A stretch of 64,000 nucleotides of DNA from Bacteroidota bacterium (GCA_041179465.1 JBEGTJ010000003.1:2229-66228); one strand, 5' to 3'; counted from the first letter of the stretch, positions 37,306 through 47,219 are shown. Notes: generated from the letters alone by a model not told the origin. Program-made: numbers and translations.

Positions 37306-37542
37306 ATGGCCATTCCCAAATTTCTCGTAGGCGACAACACCGACCACCCCGACAGCGTGTTTCTGATTCACACCGAGTACCCGCGGTTTGTCATGGATTT
37401 GGACACCGACGAAATCGAATGGCTCGACGACGTCGACGGCGAAGACGAGGGCGACTTGACCGACGAAATGGCCAAGCTCTTGGGTGAGGCCCAGGCCTTT
37501 TACCAGCGCGAAGTCGACCGCTACGAAGACCTCGAAGATTAA
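37306..37542 (+). CDS. small acidic hypothetical protein (78 aa)
   Basis: MAIPKFLVGDNTDHPDSVFLIHTEYPRFVMDLDTDEIEWLDDVDGEDEGDLTDEMAKLLGEAQAFYQREVDRYEDLED. The composition looks coding, and it lies 6 nt upstream of the MATE gene. I do not recognise the family. Confidence 0.5.
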   Translation: MAIPKFLVGDNTDHPDSVFLIHTEYPRFVMDLDTDEIEWLDDVDGEDEGDLTDEMAKLLGEAQAFYQREVDRYEDLED

Positions 37543-37548
37543 GCCATA

Positions 37549-38880
37549 ATGCGTTTCTGGAACCGACTCCAGTGGCGCCAAAACGCGCCGCTCGCCCTTC
37601 CTGTGGTCGCCGGTCAGGTGGGCCACATTGCGGCGTCGGTCGCCGATTCGGTCATGGTAGGTCGGCTGGGCACGGTGCCGTTGGCGGCCGTATCGCTGGC
37701 CAACAGCATTCTCTCGGTTCCGCTCGTGTTTGGCATCGGAATGGCCTACGGACTCACGCCCTTGGTGGCCCATGCCCACGGCCAGCGCCGTTCCGCCAAG
37801 GGCCAGCAGCTCTTTAAGAATGCCCTTGCGGTCAACCTCGCGGCCGCGTTGCTGATGACCCTCATGGCCTTTGCGTTGGCCTGGGGAGCCGAGCAGACCG
37901 GCCAGGACCCCCGCGTGCTCGAGGCCTACCGCCCTTATTTTCTGGTGGTTTCGCTCAGCTACATTCCCTTCATGCTCTTCATGGCCGGAAAGCAGTACCT
38001 CGAAGGCATGGGCGAAACCCAGATTCCGATGCGATTAAGTCTGATTGGCAACAGCCTGAACGTCGTACTCAATGCGCTCCTCATTTACGGCTGGTTGGGA
38101 TTCCCTGAATGGGGCATGACCGGGGCCGGAATCGCCACCCTCATCGCCCGGCTGTACATGGCGGCAGGAATGTACTGGTTTTTAGTGCGCAAGGGCCGAA
38201 TCAACGCCGAGGTGTGGACGGCCGCGCGCGTCACCGTGCACCGGGTATGGGCGCTGCTCAAGCTGGGCGTTCCGACCGGTTTTCAGTACATTTTTGAGGT
38301 GTCGGCCTTTGCGATTTCGGCCTGGATTATCGGAACCTATGGGGCCACCGCCCTCGCCGCGCACCAGGTGGCCATCAGCCTGGCGAGCATCAGCTACATG
38401 GCGGCGACCGGGCTGGGTGCGGCCGCGACGATTCGCATCGGGCAGTACTTGGGCCAGCGCGACCACCGCGCGGCGCGCGAGGCGGCGACGAGCCTCTTTG
38501 GCCTCACCGTGCTGTTCATGACCTTCACGGGCTTGCTGTTTTTGGTAGGGCGCAACGTTTTTCCGTTCCTCTACACCGACAGTGCTGAGGTGGCCCAGCT
38601 CGCCGGCCAGCTCCTCGTGGTCGCCACCCTGTTTCAAATTTCAGACGGCATGCAGGCCACGGCCCTGGGTGCGTTGCGCGGAATCCAGGACGTGAAAATG
38701 CCCACCCTGTTCACCTTTATCGCGTACTACGTCTTTGCCCTTCCGCTGGAATGGGTCATCGGAACCTACTTCGACGGCGGCGCGGTGGGCGTTTGGATCG
38801 CCTTGGCGGTCGGACTCACCGTCGCGGCGGGCGCCATGACGGTTCGGTTTTACCAGCGGCTGGCGGTCCTGGCCAAGTAG
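37549..38880 (+). CDS. MATE-family efflux transporter
   Basis: 443 aa with 12 TM helices and the NorM-like N-terminus LALPVVAGQVGHIAASVADSVMVGRLG. Confidence 0.9.
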   Translation: MRFWNRLQWRQNAPLALPVVAGQVGHIAASVADSVMVGRLGTVPLAAVSLANSILSVPLVFGIGMAYGLTPLVAHAHGQRRSAKGQQLFKNALAVNLAAALLMTLMAFALAWGAEQTGQDPRVLEAYRPYFLVVSLSYIPFMLFMAGKQYLEGMGETQIPMRLSLIGNSLNVVLNALLIYGWLGFPEWGMTGAGIATLIARLYMAAGMYWFLVRKGRINAEVWTAARVTVHRVWALLKLGVPTGFQYIFEVSAFAISAWIIGTYGATALAAHQVAISLASISYMAATGLGAAATIRIGQYLGQRDHRAAREAATSLFGLTVLFMTFTGLLFLVGRNVFPFLYTDSAEVAQLAGQLLVVATLFQISDGMQATALGALRGIQDVKMPTLFTFIAYYVFALPLEWVIGTYFDGGAVGVWIALAVGLTVAAGAMTVRFYQRLAVLAK

Positions 38881-38902
38881 CGCGGGCTACGCGGCGGGCG
38901 CG

Positions 38903-39625
38903 TTAGCCCAATGCCAAGTATAGGCCTACGGCGAAAAGGCCCACTGATACGGCTTGCTCCATGCGTTCAAGCCGAATCTTGGGCAAATACTGGCGGCCCA
39001 GGATGCTGCCGACGAGCGCCGGAATTCCCGCCGTCGCGAGAACCACGCCGTAGTCCGCCCAATTTAAGTTCGACCACTGCTGGGCGTACACGCTGATTCG
39101 CGTCAGGTCGACGCCCAGCGAAATTGCTACGGTACTTGCGACCAGCGCCTCTTTAGACAGACCGCTCCGCACCAAAAAGGCGCTGCGAAGGGCGCCCTGA
39201 TTGCCGGTCAGTCCGCCCAAAAATCCGCTTAAAATGCCTCCTACGGGAAGGGCCTTGCTCGAAAACTGCCAACGCCGCACGGCGGGAATGAGCTCCAGCA
39301 TTGCCAAAAGCATCAAAACCACCCCTAAAATTGGGGGCATAATGTCTGCGGCTCCGATTCGGTTGAGGAGCCACGAGCCCAGCCAAGCACTGACGACCGC
39401 TGGAAGTCCGAACCGCAGCAAAACGGCCCGCGGCGGACGCACCGGGAGGATCGCCACCTTGAACAGGTTGTTGGCGAGGTGCACCAATGCGGTCAGGCCA
39501 ATGGCTACTTCGACGGGAGCCCAAAGGAGCAACAGGGGCGTGAGCAGGGTACCGAGTCCAAAACCCGTAAAAAAAGTGGCAAACGAAACGGCTAGTGCGG
39601 CGAAGGCAAGCAGGAGCAAGTCCAT
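38903..39625 (-). CDS. TauE/SafE (TSUP) family membrane transporter
   Basis: 240 aa with a duplicated 4-TM pattern and FTGFGLGTLLTPLL / GFLGGLTGNQGALRSAFL motifs. Confidence 0.8.
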   Translation of the reverse strand: MDLLLLAFAALAVSFATFFTGFGLGTLLTPLLLLWAPVEVAIGLTALVHLANNLFKVAILPVRPPRAVLLRFGLPAVVSAWLGSWLLNRIGAADIMPPILGVVLMLLAMLELIPAVRRWQFSSKALPVGGILSGFLGGLTGNQGALRSAFLVRSGLSKEALVASTVAISLGVDLTRISVYAQQWSNLNWADYGVVLATAGIPALVGSILGRQYLPKIRLERMEQAVSVGLFAVGLYLALG

Positions 39626-39627
39626 GG

Positions 39628-40773
39628 CTACGCGTAGCGTTCCGCGTCGGCTCCGCTAATGGGGCTTCCGCCCAAGATGTGCAGGCGCTCGACCACGTTG
39701 CGCAGCTGGCGGACGTTGCCGGTCCAGTCCATTTGCTGCAGGTAGGCCAGCGCTTCGGGCGAAATGCGCTTGGCGGACCCTTCGAGCTGACCCAGAAAGT
39801 GCTCCACCAAAAGGGGAATGTCGTCGCGGCGGTCGTTGAGCGACGGCACCTCCACCACGATTACGCTCAAGCGGTGGTACAGGTCCTCACGAAAGCGGCC
39901 TGCGGCGATCTCGGCCTTCAGGTCTTTGTTGGTGGCGGCGAGCACCCGCACGTTTACCGAAATGGACTTGCCGCTGCCCACCGGGGTAATGCAGTTTTCT
40001 TGCAGGGCGCGCAGCACTTTGGCCTGCGCTGACAAGCTCATGTCGCCGATTTCGTCGAGAAAAAGGGTTCCGCCGTCGGCCAGCTCAAACTGGCCCTTGC
40101 GGTCCTTGATGGCGCTGGTGAACGAGCCCTTAACGTGCCCAAAAAGCTCGGATTCAATAAGTTCAGACGGAATCGCCGCGCAGTTCACCTCAATGAAGGC
40201 CTGGCGCGATCGGGCCGAAAGCTGGTGAATTTGGTTGGCGACGATCTCTTTGCCGCTGCCGTTGGGTCCGGTAATGAGCACTCGGGCGTCGGTCGGAGCC
40301 ACTTTTTCGACCACCTCGCGCACCTGCTCGAGGGCAGCCGATTCGCCGACCATTTCAAACTTCTTGTCTACTTTTTTGCGAAGACGCTGGTTTTCGGCGA
40401 CCAGTTTTTTGCGGTCCAAGGCCTGGCGAATCGTCGTGATCAGGCGGTTGAGGTCGGGGGGCTTGGCAATGTAGTCGTAGGCGCCGCTGCGGATGCAGCC
40501 AACCGCCGTGTCCAGGTCGCCGTGGCCGCTGATCATCACAAACGGCGTGTCGCCGTAGTGCTTCATGGCGTGGGCCAGCACTTCAAGGCCGTCGCGCTTG
40601 GGCATCTTGATGTCGCAGAGCACCAGGTCGTAGCTCGACGCCTCCAGGGCCGCAATCGCTTGGTCGCCGTCTTCGGCTTCGTCGATTTCGTGCTTCGGAT
40701 CTTCGTTCAGCAAGATGTTTCGCAGTACGTTGCGAATCGCTTTCTCGTCTTCTACCAGCAGTATGCGCGCCAT
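39628..40773 (-). CDS. sigma-54-dependent response regulator (receiver + AAA+), no C-terminal HTH
   Basis: Receiver domain (ILLVEDE...LVLCDIKMP). AAA+ domain with Walker A GPNGSGKE, GSFTSA in place of GAFTGA, Walker B LFLDEIGD, and WTGNVRQLRNVVER. The ORF stops 17 residues after that motif. Confidence 0.85.
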   Translation of the reverse strand: MARILLVEDEKAIRNVLRNILLNEDPKHEIDEAEDGDQAIAALEASSYDLVLCDIKMPKRDGLEVLAHAMKHYGDTPFVMISGHGDLDTAVGCIRSGAYDYIAKPPDLNRLITTIRQALDRKKLVAENQRLRKKVDKKFEMVGESAALEQVREVVEKVAPTDARVLITGPNGSGKEIVANQIHQLSARSRQAFIEVNCAAIPSELIESELFGHVKGSFTSAIKDRKGQFELADGGTLFLDEIGDMSLSAQAKVLRALQENCITPVGSGKSISVNVRVLAATNKDLKAEIAAGRFREDLYHRLSVIVVEVPSLNDRRDDIPLLVEHFLGQLEGSAKRISPEALAYLQQMDWTGNVRQLRNVVERLHILGGSPISGADAERYA

Positions 40774-41705
40774 GGGCTTTGGGGGTCTTGAATGCTGCTC
40801 CACACACCTTCTTTCAAGGCGTAGCCGCTTAGGAGCATGCGGCGGGCATTAAGTCGGGCCAAAACTAGGTCAATTTGCCGCGCACTCAAGTGCAGCGTTT
40901 CGGCCCGCATGGCGAGCATGCCAGGCATCAAAAGTCGTGCCTCGGTCGTGGCGGACTGCACCGCCTTCGAAGTCGCGTCCCATTGGCGAAGGTCAAATTC
41001 CGCACGCGCTTGACCGAGTTCCAGTTCGGCCCGACCGTTGCGCCGCGCCATTACGTTGAACAGGGTGTCGAACGAACCGCTCGACCCCAGCAGCAGCGCA
41101 CAAGGATGGGCTGATAAGGCCGTCCAAAGCGGTTCGAGTTCGCGGTCGAGGTAGGCGTCGAGGGCGGACCATTCCGCGGGGGTAGGTGGGTCGCTGGGCA
41201 GGAAGCGCTCGAACAGCCGGGTCACCCCCAGGGCAAAACTGGCCGCCCAGAGGGTGCGCCCCGCTTCGCAGAGGATGAATTCGGTGCTCCCGCCGCCGAT
41301 GTCCATGATGAGGTGGCGCTCGCTCAGCTCGGGCCACGCCTGGCGAACGCCTGCGGCGATGAACGCGGCCTCTTGGTCTCCGTCGATCACGTTCACGGGT
41401 TGCCCCGTTTCGCGCTCGATGCGGGCTGCGAGCTCGGCTCCGTTGGCGGTAGAGCGCATGGCCGAGGTGGCAAAAGCGAAGCTCCGCGCCGCGCCGTAGG
41501 CGCGGGCGCTCCGCACGTGCTGGGCGACGGCTTCGACCGCCCGCTGGGCGGCCTCGGGCGTAATGACGCCGTCGCGCAACCCGCCGGCGCCCAGGCGAAC
41601 CGCCACCTTGTCGCTGAACACGAGGGCGCCGTCGGCGCTCCGCACCAAAAGATTGAACGTATTCGTTCCGAGGTCCAGAATGGCGGTGCGCCCCTGCGAA
41701 CTCAT
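40752..41705 (-). CDS. Ppx/GppA-family phosphatase
   Basis: ILDLGTNTFNLLV and MDIGGGSTEF motifs of the ASKHA-fold Ppx/GppA N-terminal domains. 317 aa, with no HD-like C-terminal domain. Confidence 0.8.
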   Translation of the reverse strand: MSSQGRTAILDLGTNTFNLLVRSADGALVFSDKVAVRLGAGGLRDGVITPEAAQRAVEAVAQHVRSARAYGAARSFAFATSAMRSTANGAELAARIERETGQPVNVIDGDQEAAFIAAGVRQAWPELSERHLIMDIGGGSTEFILCEAGRTLWAASFALGVTRLFERFLPSDPPTPAEWSALDAYLDRELEPLWTALSAHPCALLLGSSGSFDTLFNVMARRNGRAELELGQARAEFDLRQWDATSKAVQSATTEARLLMPGMLAMRAETLHLSARQIDLVLARLNARRMLLSGYALKEGVWSSIQDPQSPWRAYCW

Positions 41706-41709
41706 GCGG

Positions 41710-43029
41710 TTAGGGCTTCATGCGAATCCACTTCCACAGGTCGGCATACGTCGGCTTTTTGCCGTAGCTCAAAATTCCGACGCGGTAAATCCGCCCGGCC
41801 AGCCACACGGTGCCCAAAAAGCCCAGCACCATGAACGTCATGCTCGCGGCGATTTGGTACCAGGGCACCCCAAACGGAATGCGAATCATCATCGCAATCG
41901 GCGCCGAAAACGGAATCATCGACAGCGCCACGGCGACCGGCCCGTTGGGGTTTTCGATGATGCTCGTCGACAAAATAAAGGTCAGCACCAGCGGAAGCGT
42001 CAGCGGAATCATGAACTGCTGCGTGTCGGTTTCGCTGTCGACGGCCGCGCCCACGGCGGCAAACAGCGCGCCATAAAACAGGTATCCCGAGAGAAAGTAA
42101 AAAAGGAACATTCCGATCAATCCGGGGAGGTTGAGGCTCTCGAGCGTGCCCAGGGCGGCCTGGATTCCGTCGAGTTCGGGAGCCGCTTGCCCCGCCGCTC
42201 CCAAGGCGGCGACCTGCTCGGGGTCGGGCGACAGCAGTCCGAGGGCGCCCACCGCCGTCGAGGCCGCGGCCGTCAGGGCAATCCAGATGGCGAACTGCAG
42301 CAGTCCGACGCTGGCGATGCCCAAGATCTTGCCCAGCATCAATTGGGCGGGCTTCACGCTGGTCACCAGCACCTCGACGATGCGCGAGGTTTTCTCCTCA
42401 ATCACGCCGCGCATGATTTGGGCGGCATACAAAAACGTGAAGAGGTAGATCATGATTCCGGCAAAAAAACCAATGCCCGACTTGATTTCGGCGCCCGAGG
42501 CTTCGCTGCCCTCCTCGCTGAGCTCGAAGGCCTCAATCACGGCCTCTGATTTGGCTTGGGTTACCAGAGCGGGGTCGACGCCAAAGTGCCGCAACTTGCC
42601 TTCGTAGGCGTAGCGTTCCAGCAGGCCCTCGAGCTCGCTCGCCATGCCCAGCGGCGCCGTGGTTTCGGTGTAGAGTTTGGCGTTTTTCAGGCTGAACTCG
42701 GGGTCGTTGTTGACCGATTCGGGAACGTAGAGCAGGCCGTCGACGTCGTCGCGCTCGCGAACCAGCGCCAAGGCCTGTTCCTCGGTGACCTCTTTGGGGT
42801 CAAAGTAGGCGAGTTGGGCGCCTTCGACGGTGGGGGTGCCTGGCAGCACGTAGCTGTGGTCGACGACGATGAGGTTGAGGTCTTCGGCTTCGCTCGACAT
42901 TGCGATGAGGGTGGGAGCGACCATGAGCCCGACGAACAGCACCGGGCCGAGCACGGTCATGACCAAGAAGCTCTTTTTGCGCACGCGCGTGGTGATTTCG
43001 CGCTGGGCGACGAGTAAAAACGGTTTCAT
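41710..43029 (-). CDS. ABC-2 type transporter permease (NatB-like)
   Basis: 439 aa. One N-terminal TM helix, a large periplasmic loop, then 5 TM helices. ATGA overlap with the ATPase gene. Confidence 0.75.
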   Translation of the reverse strand: MKPFLLVAQREITTRVRKKSFLVMTVLGPVLFVGLMVAPTLIAMSSEAEDLNLIVVDHSYVLPGTPTVEGAQLAYFDPKEVTEEQALALVRERDDVDGLLYVPESVNNDPEFSLKNAKLYTETTAPLGMASELEGLLERYAYEGKLRHFGVDPALVTQAKSEAVIEAFELSEEGSEASGAEIKSGIGFFAGIMIYLFTFLYAAQIMRGVIEEKTSRIVEVLVTSVKPAQLMLGKILGIASVGLLQFAIWIALTAAASTAVGALGLLSPDPEQVAALGAAGQAAPELDGIQAALGTLESLNLPGLIGMFLFYFLSGYLFYGALFAAVGAAVDSETDTQQFMIPLTLPLVLTFILSTSIIENPNGPVAVALSMIPFSAPIAMMIRIPFGVPWYQIAASMTFMVLGFLGTVWLAGRIYRVGILSYGKKPTYADLWKWIRMKP

Positions 43030-43937
43030 GCGCCTTGAACGGTTTGGACAAACAAATCGTGGATGCTGGGCACCACTTCTTCAAATTGGTATACGTTGAC
43101 GTGCGGAGCAAGGGCCGCCAGCAGCCGCGACGCGTCGTCGATCCCCGCGCGGAACCGGGCGGCAACGATGCCCTGGCCCTCTCGGCGGTGGTCCGAGAGT
43201 TCGACGCCTTCGGGAAGAACGAGGTCCTGGAGGTCCGCGCTGCGGTAGCGCAGCACAAATTGGCCCGAGCGGTGGCGGTCTTTGAGTTCCTGAATGCTTC
43301 CGTGAAGCACGTTTTGGCCTTGGTTGACCAGGGCGATGTGGCTGCAGAGCTCCTCGACGCTTTCCATGCGGTGGGTCGAAAAGATCAGGGTGCGGCCTTC
43401 GCGGTTGAGGCGCAGCATTTCTTCGCGGATCAGCTGGGCGTTAATGGGGTCAAATCCCGAGAAGGGTTCGTCAAAGATGAGCAGTTCGGGCTCGTGCAGC
43501 ACCGTGGTGATGAACTGGACTTTTTGCGCCATGCCCTTAGAAAGGTCGCTGACTTTTTTGTCCCACCAGCTCTGGAGTTCCCAGCGCTCAAACCAGCTGC
43601 GCAGCCGCTGCTTGGCGTCGGCAGAAGAGAGTCCGCGCAGCTGCGCCAGGTACATGGCCTGCTCGCCGACCTTCATGCTTTTGTAGAGTCCGCGCTCCTC
43701 GGGCAAGTACCCAATGCGCCGCGTGGCGTCGGCGTCCAGCGGGCGGCCGAAGAGCATGAGTTCGCCCTCGTCGGGCGCCAAAATGCGGTTCGCGATGCGA
43801 ATAAACGTGGTTTTTCCGGCGCCGTTGGGTCCGAGGAGGCCAAAAAGGCTTCCCTGCGGAATCTCCATGTCGAGGCCGCGCAGTGCGTGGTGCGAGGCGT
43901 AGCGCTTGTGCAGGCCAGAGGCAGTTAGGGCGTTCAT
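43026..43937 (-). CDS. ABC transporter ATP-binding protein (NatA-like, DUF4162-type C-terminus)
   Basis: Walker A GPNGAGKTT, signature LSKGMAQK, Walker B LLIFDEP, and C-terminal EVVPSIHDLFV. Confidence 0.9.
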   Translation of the reverse strand: MNALTASGLHKRYASHHALRGLDMEIPQGSLFGLLGPNGAGKTTFIRIANRILAPDEGELMLFGRPLDADATRRIGYLPEERGLYKSMKVGEQAMYLAQLRGLSSADAKQRLRSWFERWELQSWWDKKVSDLSKGMAQKVQFITTVLHEPELLIFDEPFSGFDPINAQLIREEMLRLNREGRTLIFSTHRMESVEELCSHIALVNQGQNVLHGSIQELKDRHRSGQFVLRYRSADLQDLVLPEGVELSDHRREGQGIVAARFRAGIDDASRLLAALAPHVNVYQFEEVVPSIHDLFVQTVQGA

Positions 43938-43952
43938 GCTAGTTGCGGATTG

Positions 43953-46900
43953 CTAGTTGCTCGTTTCGAGTTGCGGTGCGGACCATGAGGTGAGCAATCC
44001 GATGGCTTCTTCCACCGTGCGCACCTGATCGACGACGAGGTAGCTGCGCTGGTCTTTTTGCTTCATTTGAAAGCGCTGCGGATTGCGCTGAAGGTCCCGC
44101 AAAAACTGGCCCAAAACGTGTTCCGGTATGCGGAACTGCGCGTCGTCGGGGAAGTAGGCCATGAGTTTGCCGGACTTGATGCGGACTTTTTCCATGCCCA
44201 TGGACTGGCCCAGCCAGCGAATGTGGAGCGAGCGCAGCAGGTTTTCGGCCGCCAAAGGCAAGGCTCCGAACCGGTCAACCAAGCCAAGTCGGTAGGCCTC
44301 AAGGGCTTCGGGGCCCGTTAGGGCGTCGAGCTCGCGGTAGATGCGCAGGCGTTCTTCGACCGAGTTGACGTAGGCGTCGGGCAGCAGAAGTTCCCAGTCG
44401 GTGTCGAGCTGGCACTCGCGAGTGGACGACCAACCGCCGCGCTGGTCCTCGTAGAGTTCTTTGAATTCGGACTGCTTGAGTTCGTCGACGGCTTCGGCCA
44501 AGAGCTTCTGGTAGGTTTCAAAGCCCAAGTCGTTGATGAAGCCCGACTGTTCCGCCCCCAAAAGGTCGCCGGCGCCCCGAATTTCGAGGTCGCGAAGGGC
44601 GATTTTGAATCCCGATCCAAGGTCGCTAAACTGCTCAAGCGCTTGCAGTCGTTTGCGGGCTTCTTCGGGCAGTCCGCCCAAGGGGGGCGACACGAGGTAG
44701 CAAAAGGCCTTGCGGTTGCTGCGGCCGACGCGTCCGCGCATCTGGTGCAGGTCGCTCAGGCCAAACATGTGCGCGTCGAGAATGATGATGGTGTTGGCGT
44801 TGGGCACGTCGAGGCCGTTTTCGACAATCGTGGTGCTCACCAGCACGTCAAAGCGGGCCTCCATGAATCCGAGGATCAGGTCCTCCATCTCGTGGCCGTT
44901 CATCTGGCCGTGGCCGGTGGCGATGCGCGCGTCGGGCACCAAGCGCTGCAGGAGTCCCGCGACTTCGCTCAGGTTTTGGATGCGGTTGTTGATGACGTAC
45001 ACCTGGCCGCCGCGGCTGAGTTCGTAGGCGATGGCGTCGCGCAGGCGCTCTTCGTTGAACCCAATCAGGTAGGTGTCGACGGGCTGGCGGTTGGGGGGCG
45101 GAGTCGTCATCACGCTCAGGTCCCGCGCCGACATCAGCGAGAACTGCAGGGTGCGCGGAATCGGCGTCGCCGACAAAGTCAAGGTGTCGATGTTGGCCTT
45201 GAGGTTTTTGAGCATGTCCTTGGCGTTGACGCCGAACTTCTGTTCTTCGTCGACGATCATCAGGCCAAGGTCTTTGAACTTCAAGTCTTTGCCAAGGATT
45301 CGGTGGGTGCCAATTAGGACGTCGATTCGGCCGTTCTCGAGGTCTGCCAGGACTGCTTTGGCCTCTTTGGCGCTGCGCGACCGGTTGAGGTAGTCGACGC
45401 GGGCGGGCAAGCCTTTTAAGCGCTTGGTAAACGTTTGGTAATGCTGGAAGGCCAGGAGGGTGGTCGGAACCAGCACGGCCACCTGCTTGCTGTCGGCCAC
45501 TGCCTTGAAGGCGGCGCGCACGGCGATTTCGGTTTTTCCGAAGCCCACGTCGCCGCAGATCAGGCGGTCCATGGGAATCACCGATTCCATGTCGGCCTTG
45601 ACGTCGGCGGTGGCCTTCATTTGGTCCGGCGTGTCTTCGTAGGCAAACGAGGCTTCGAGCTCGTGCTGCAGGTAGCTGTCGGGGCTGTAGGCAAAGCCTT
45701 TGGCCTCGCGGCGCTTCGCATAGAGCTTGATGAGGTCAAAGGCCACCTCTTTGACGCGGCGCTTGGTTTTGTTTTTGGCGTTTTGCCACGCCGGCGAGCC
45801 CAGCTTGCTCAGCGAGGGTTCGGTGCCTTCTTTGGTGGCGTAGGGCGCGATTTTGTGCAGGCTGTGGATGCTCACGTAAAGCACGTCGCTGTCGCGGTAC
45901 ACGAGCTTAATGGCCTCCTGCTTGACGCCGCCCACGTCGATTTTTTGAAGTCCGCCAAACTTGCCAATTCCGTGGTCGATGTGGGCCACAAAGTCGCCGA
46001 CCTGCAGGGAATTCAGCTCCTTGAGGGTGAGGGCCTGGGCCTGCTCGTGCTGGTCCCGAATGGTGAAGCGCTGGTAGCGTTCAAAGAGGTCGTGGTCGAC
46101 GTAGGCGACCAGACCGGCGGCGGGGTCCTCCCAGCCGCGGTGCAGCGCCCCGTCAATCCAGTTTATTTCGAGGTCCTCGTTCAGGTCCTGCAAAATCGCC
46201 TGAAGGCGGTCGCGCTGGCTGCTTTGTCCGCACATAATCCACAGCGCTCGGTTGCCTTGGCGGTGGCCGTCTAGGGTTTGGGCCAGCAGGTCAAATTTCT
46301 TGGCAAACGCGGGCTGAGCGAGGGTGCCCCACGAGGCGGAATCGCTCGGCGCCCCGTCCACGGCGAGGCCCCGCCCTGCGAGCTCGCGTTCCCATTCGGC
46401 GCCGCGCAGGTAGAGTTCGTGCGGCTCCAGCCGGCGCACCACGCTGTGCAGTCCGACAAAGGCTTCTTCGGCGAGGCGGTAGATTCGGTCGAGCTTCTCG
46501 AGGGCTACCTCGGGGCGTTCCACCCACAGCAGCGCTTGGGGTCCTGCGTAAGCGCTGAGCGACTCGCGGCGTTCGGCGCTGGTCTTGTCTTCGACGTTGG
46601 GAACCAGCGTCATGCGTTCCACCCGCTCCAGCGTGAGCTGGTCGACGACGTCAAACGTGCGAATGCTCTCTACTTCAGAACCAAAAAACTCCAAGCGGTG
46701 CGGTTCCGGGTGGGCGAACGAGAACACGTCGACGATTCCGCCCCGAACCGAGAACTGGCCGGGCTTTTCGACAAAGTCCACGCGCTCAAAGTGCAGTTCA
46801 AAGAGGTACTCGTTCAAAAAACCCACGTCGAGGCGGGCGCCCACGGCAACCTCCATGCTCCGGGCGTCGAGTTGCCCGCGCGTGATGACTTTTTCGGCCA

Positions 46901-47159
46901 GGGCCTCGGGGTAGGTGACCACGAGCACGGGCTTTGGACCGCGCAGCCGGTCGAGAACCTCAGCCCGCAACCCGATGTTGGCGTTGTCGGTTTGGTCTCG
47001 GTCGGCATAGGGTCGGCGGTAGGAGTCCGGAAAAAACAGCACCGACCCCGCAGGAAGGAGTTTCTCGAGGTCGTTAAAAAAGTAGGCGGCCTCTTCTTTG
47101 TCGCTGCGCACCACCACGGCCGACCGACCGAGCTCGGTTAGGGCCAGCGCCGCTACCAC
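43953..47159 (-). CDS. mfd: transcription-repair coupling factor Mfd (first usable start is a GTG inside the conserved N-terminal region)
   Basis: UvrB-homology N-terminus, RNAP-interacting domain, helicase motifs GDVGFGKTE, DEEQKFGV and SATPIPRT, and TRG motif QMRGRVGRS. See the finding on the missing N-terminus. Confidence 0.9.
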   Translation of the reverse strand: MVAALALTELGRSAVVVRSDKEEAAYFFNDLEKLLPAGSVLFFPDSYRRPYADRDQTDNANIGLRAEVLDRLRGPKPVLVVTYPEALAEKVITRGQLDARSMEVAVGARLDVGFLNEYLFELHFERVDFVEKPGQFSVRGGIVDVFSFAHPEPHRLEFFGSEVESIRTFDVVDQLTLERVERMTLVPNVEDKTSAERRESLSAYAGPQALLWVERPEVALEKLDRIYRLAEEAFVGLHSVVRRLEPHELYLRGAEWERELAGRGLAVDGAPSDSASWGTLAQPAFAKKFDLLAQTLDGHRQGNRALWIMCGQSSQRDRLQAILQDLNEDLEINWIDGALHRGWEDPAAGLVAYVDHDLFERYQRFTIRDQHEQAQALTLKELNSLQVGDFVAHIDHGIGKFGGLQKIDVGGVKQEAIKLVYRDSDVLYVSIHSLHKIAPYATKEGTEPSLSKLGSPAWQNAKNKTKRRVKEVAFDLIKLYAKRREAKGFAYSPDSYLQHELEASFAYEDTPDQMKATADVKADMESVIPMDRLICGDVGFGKTEIAVRAAFKAVADSKQVAVLVPTTLLAFQHYQTFTKRLKGLPARVDYLNRSRSAKEAKAVLADLENGRIDVLIGTHRILGKDLKFKDLGLMIVDEEQKFGVNAKDMLKNLKANIDTLTLSATPIPRTLQFSLMSARDLSVMTTPPPNRQPVDTYLIGFNEERLRDAIAYELSRGGQVYVINNRIQNLSEVAGLLQRLVPDARIATGHGQMNGHEMEDLILGFMEARFDVLVSTTIVENGLDVPNANTIIILDAHMFGLSDLHQMRGRVGRSNRKAFCYLVSPPLGGLPEEARKRLQALEQFSDLGSGFKIALRDLEIRGAGDLLGAEQSGFINDLGFETYQKLLAEAVDELKQSEFKELYEDQRGGWSSTRECQLDTDWELLLPDAYVNSVEERLRIYRELDALTGPEALEAYRLGLVDRFGALPLAAENLLRSLHIRWLGQSMGMEKVRIKSGKLMAYFPDDAQFRIPEHVLGQFLRDLQRNPQRFQMKQKDQRSYLVVDQVRTVEEAIGLLTSWSAPQLETSN

Positions 47160-47219
47160 CGAGGGCAGCGATCCCGACGCCCCCGAAAGGGCCGCTCGCT
47201 GGCCCGTTGCGGCCGCGCT

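Noticed and set aside
37249-37779. 176-aa minus-strand ORF spanning the small acidic gene and the MATE start
   Set aside because: It is antisense to two better-supported plus-strand genes and has no motifs.
37549-38880. MATE protein as the Wzx-type flippase for the neighbouring glycan genes
   Set aside because: The N-terminal motif pattern and 12-TM layout look like NorM-type drug/cation antiporters. It is on the opposite strand from the GT gene, separated by the small acidic ORF. There is no positive evidence for a flippase role.
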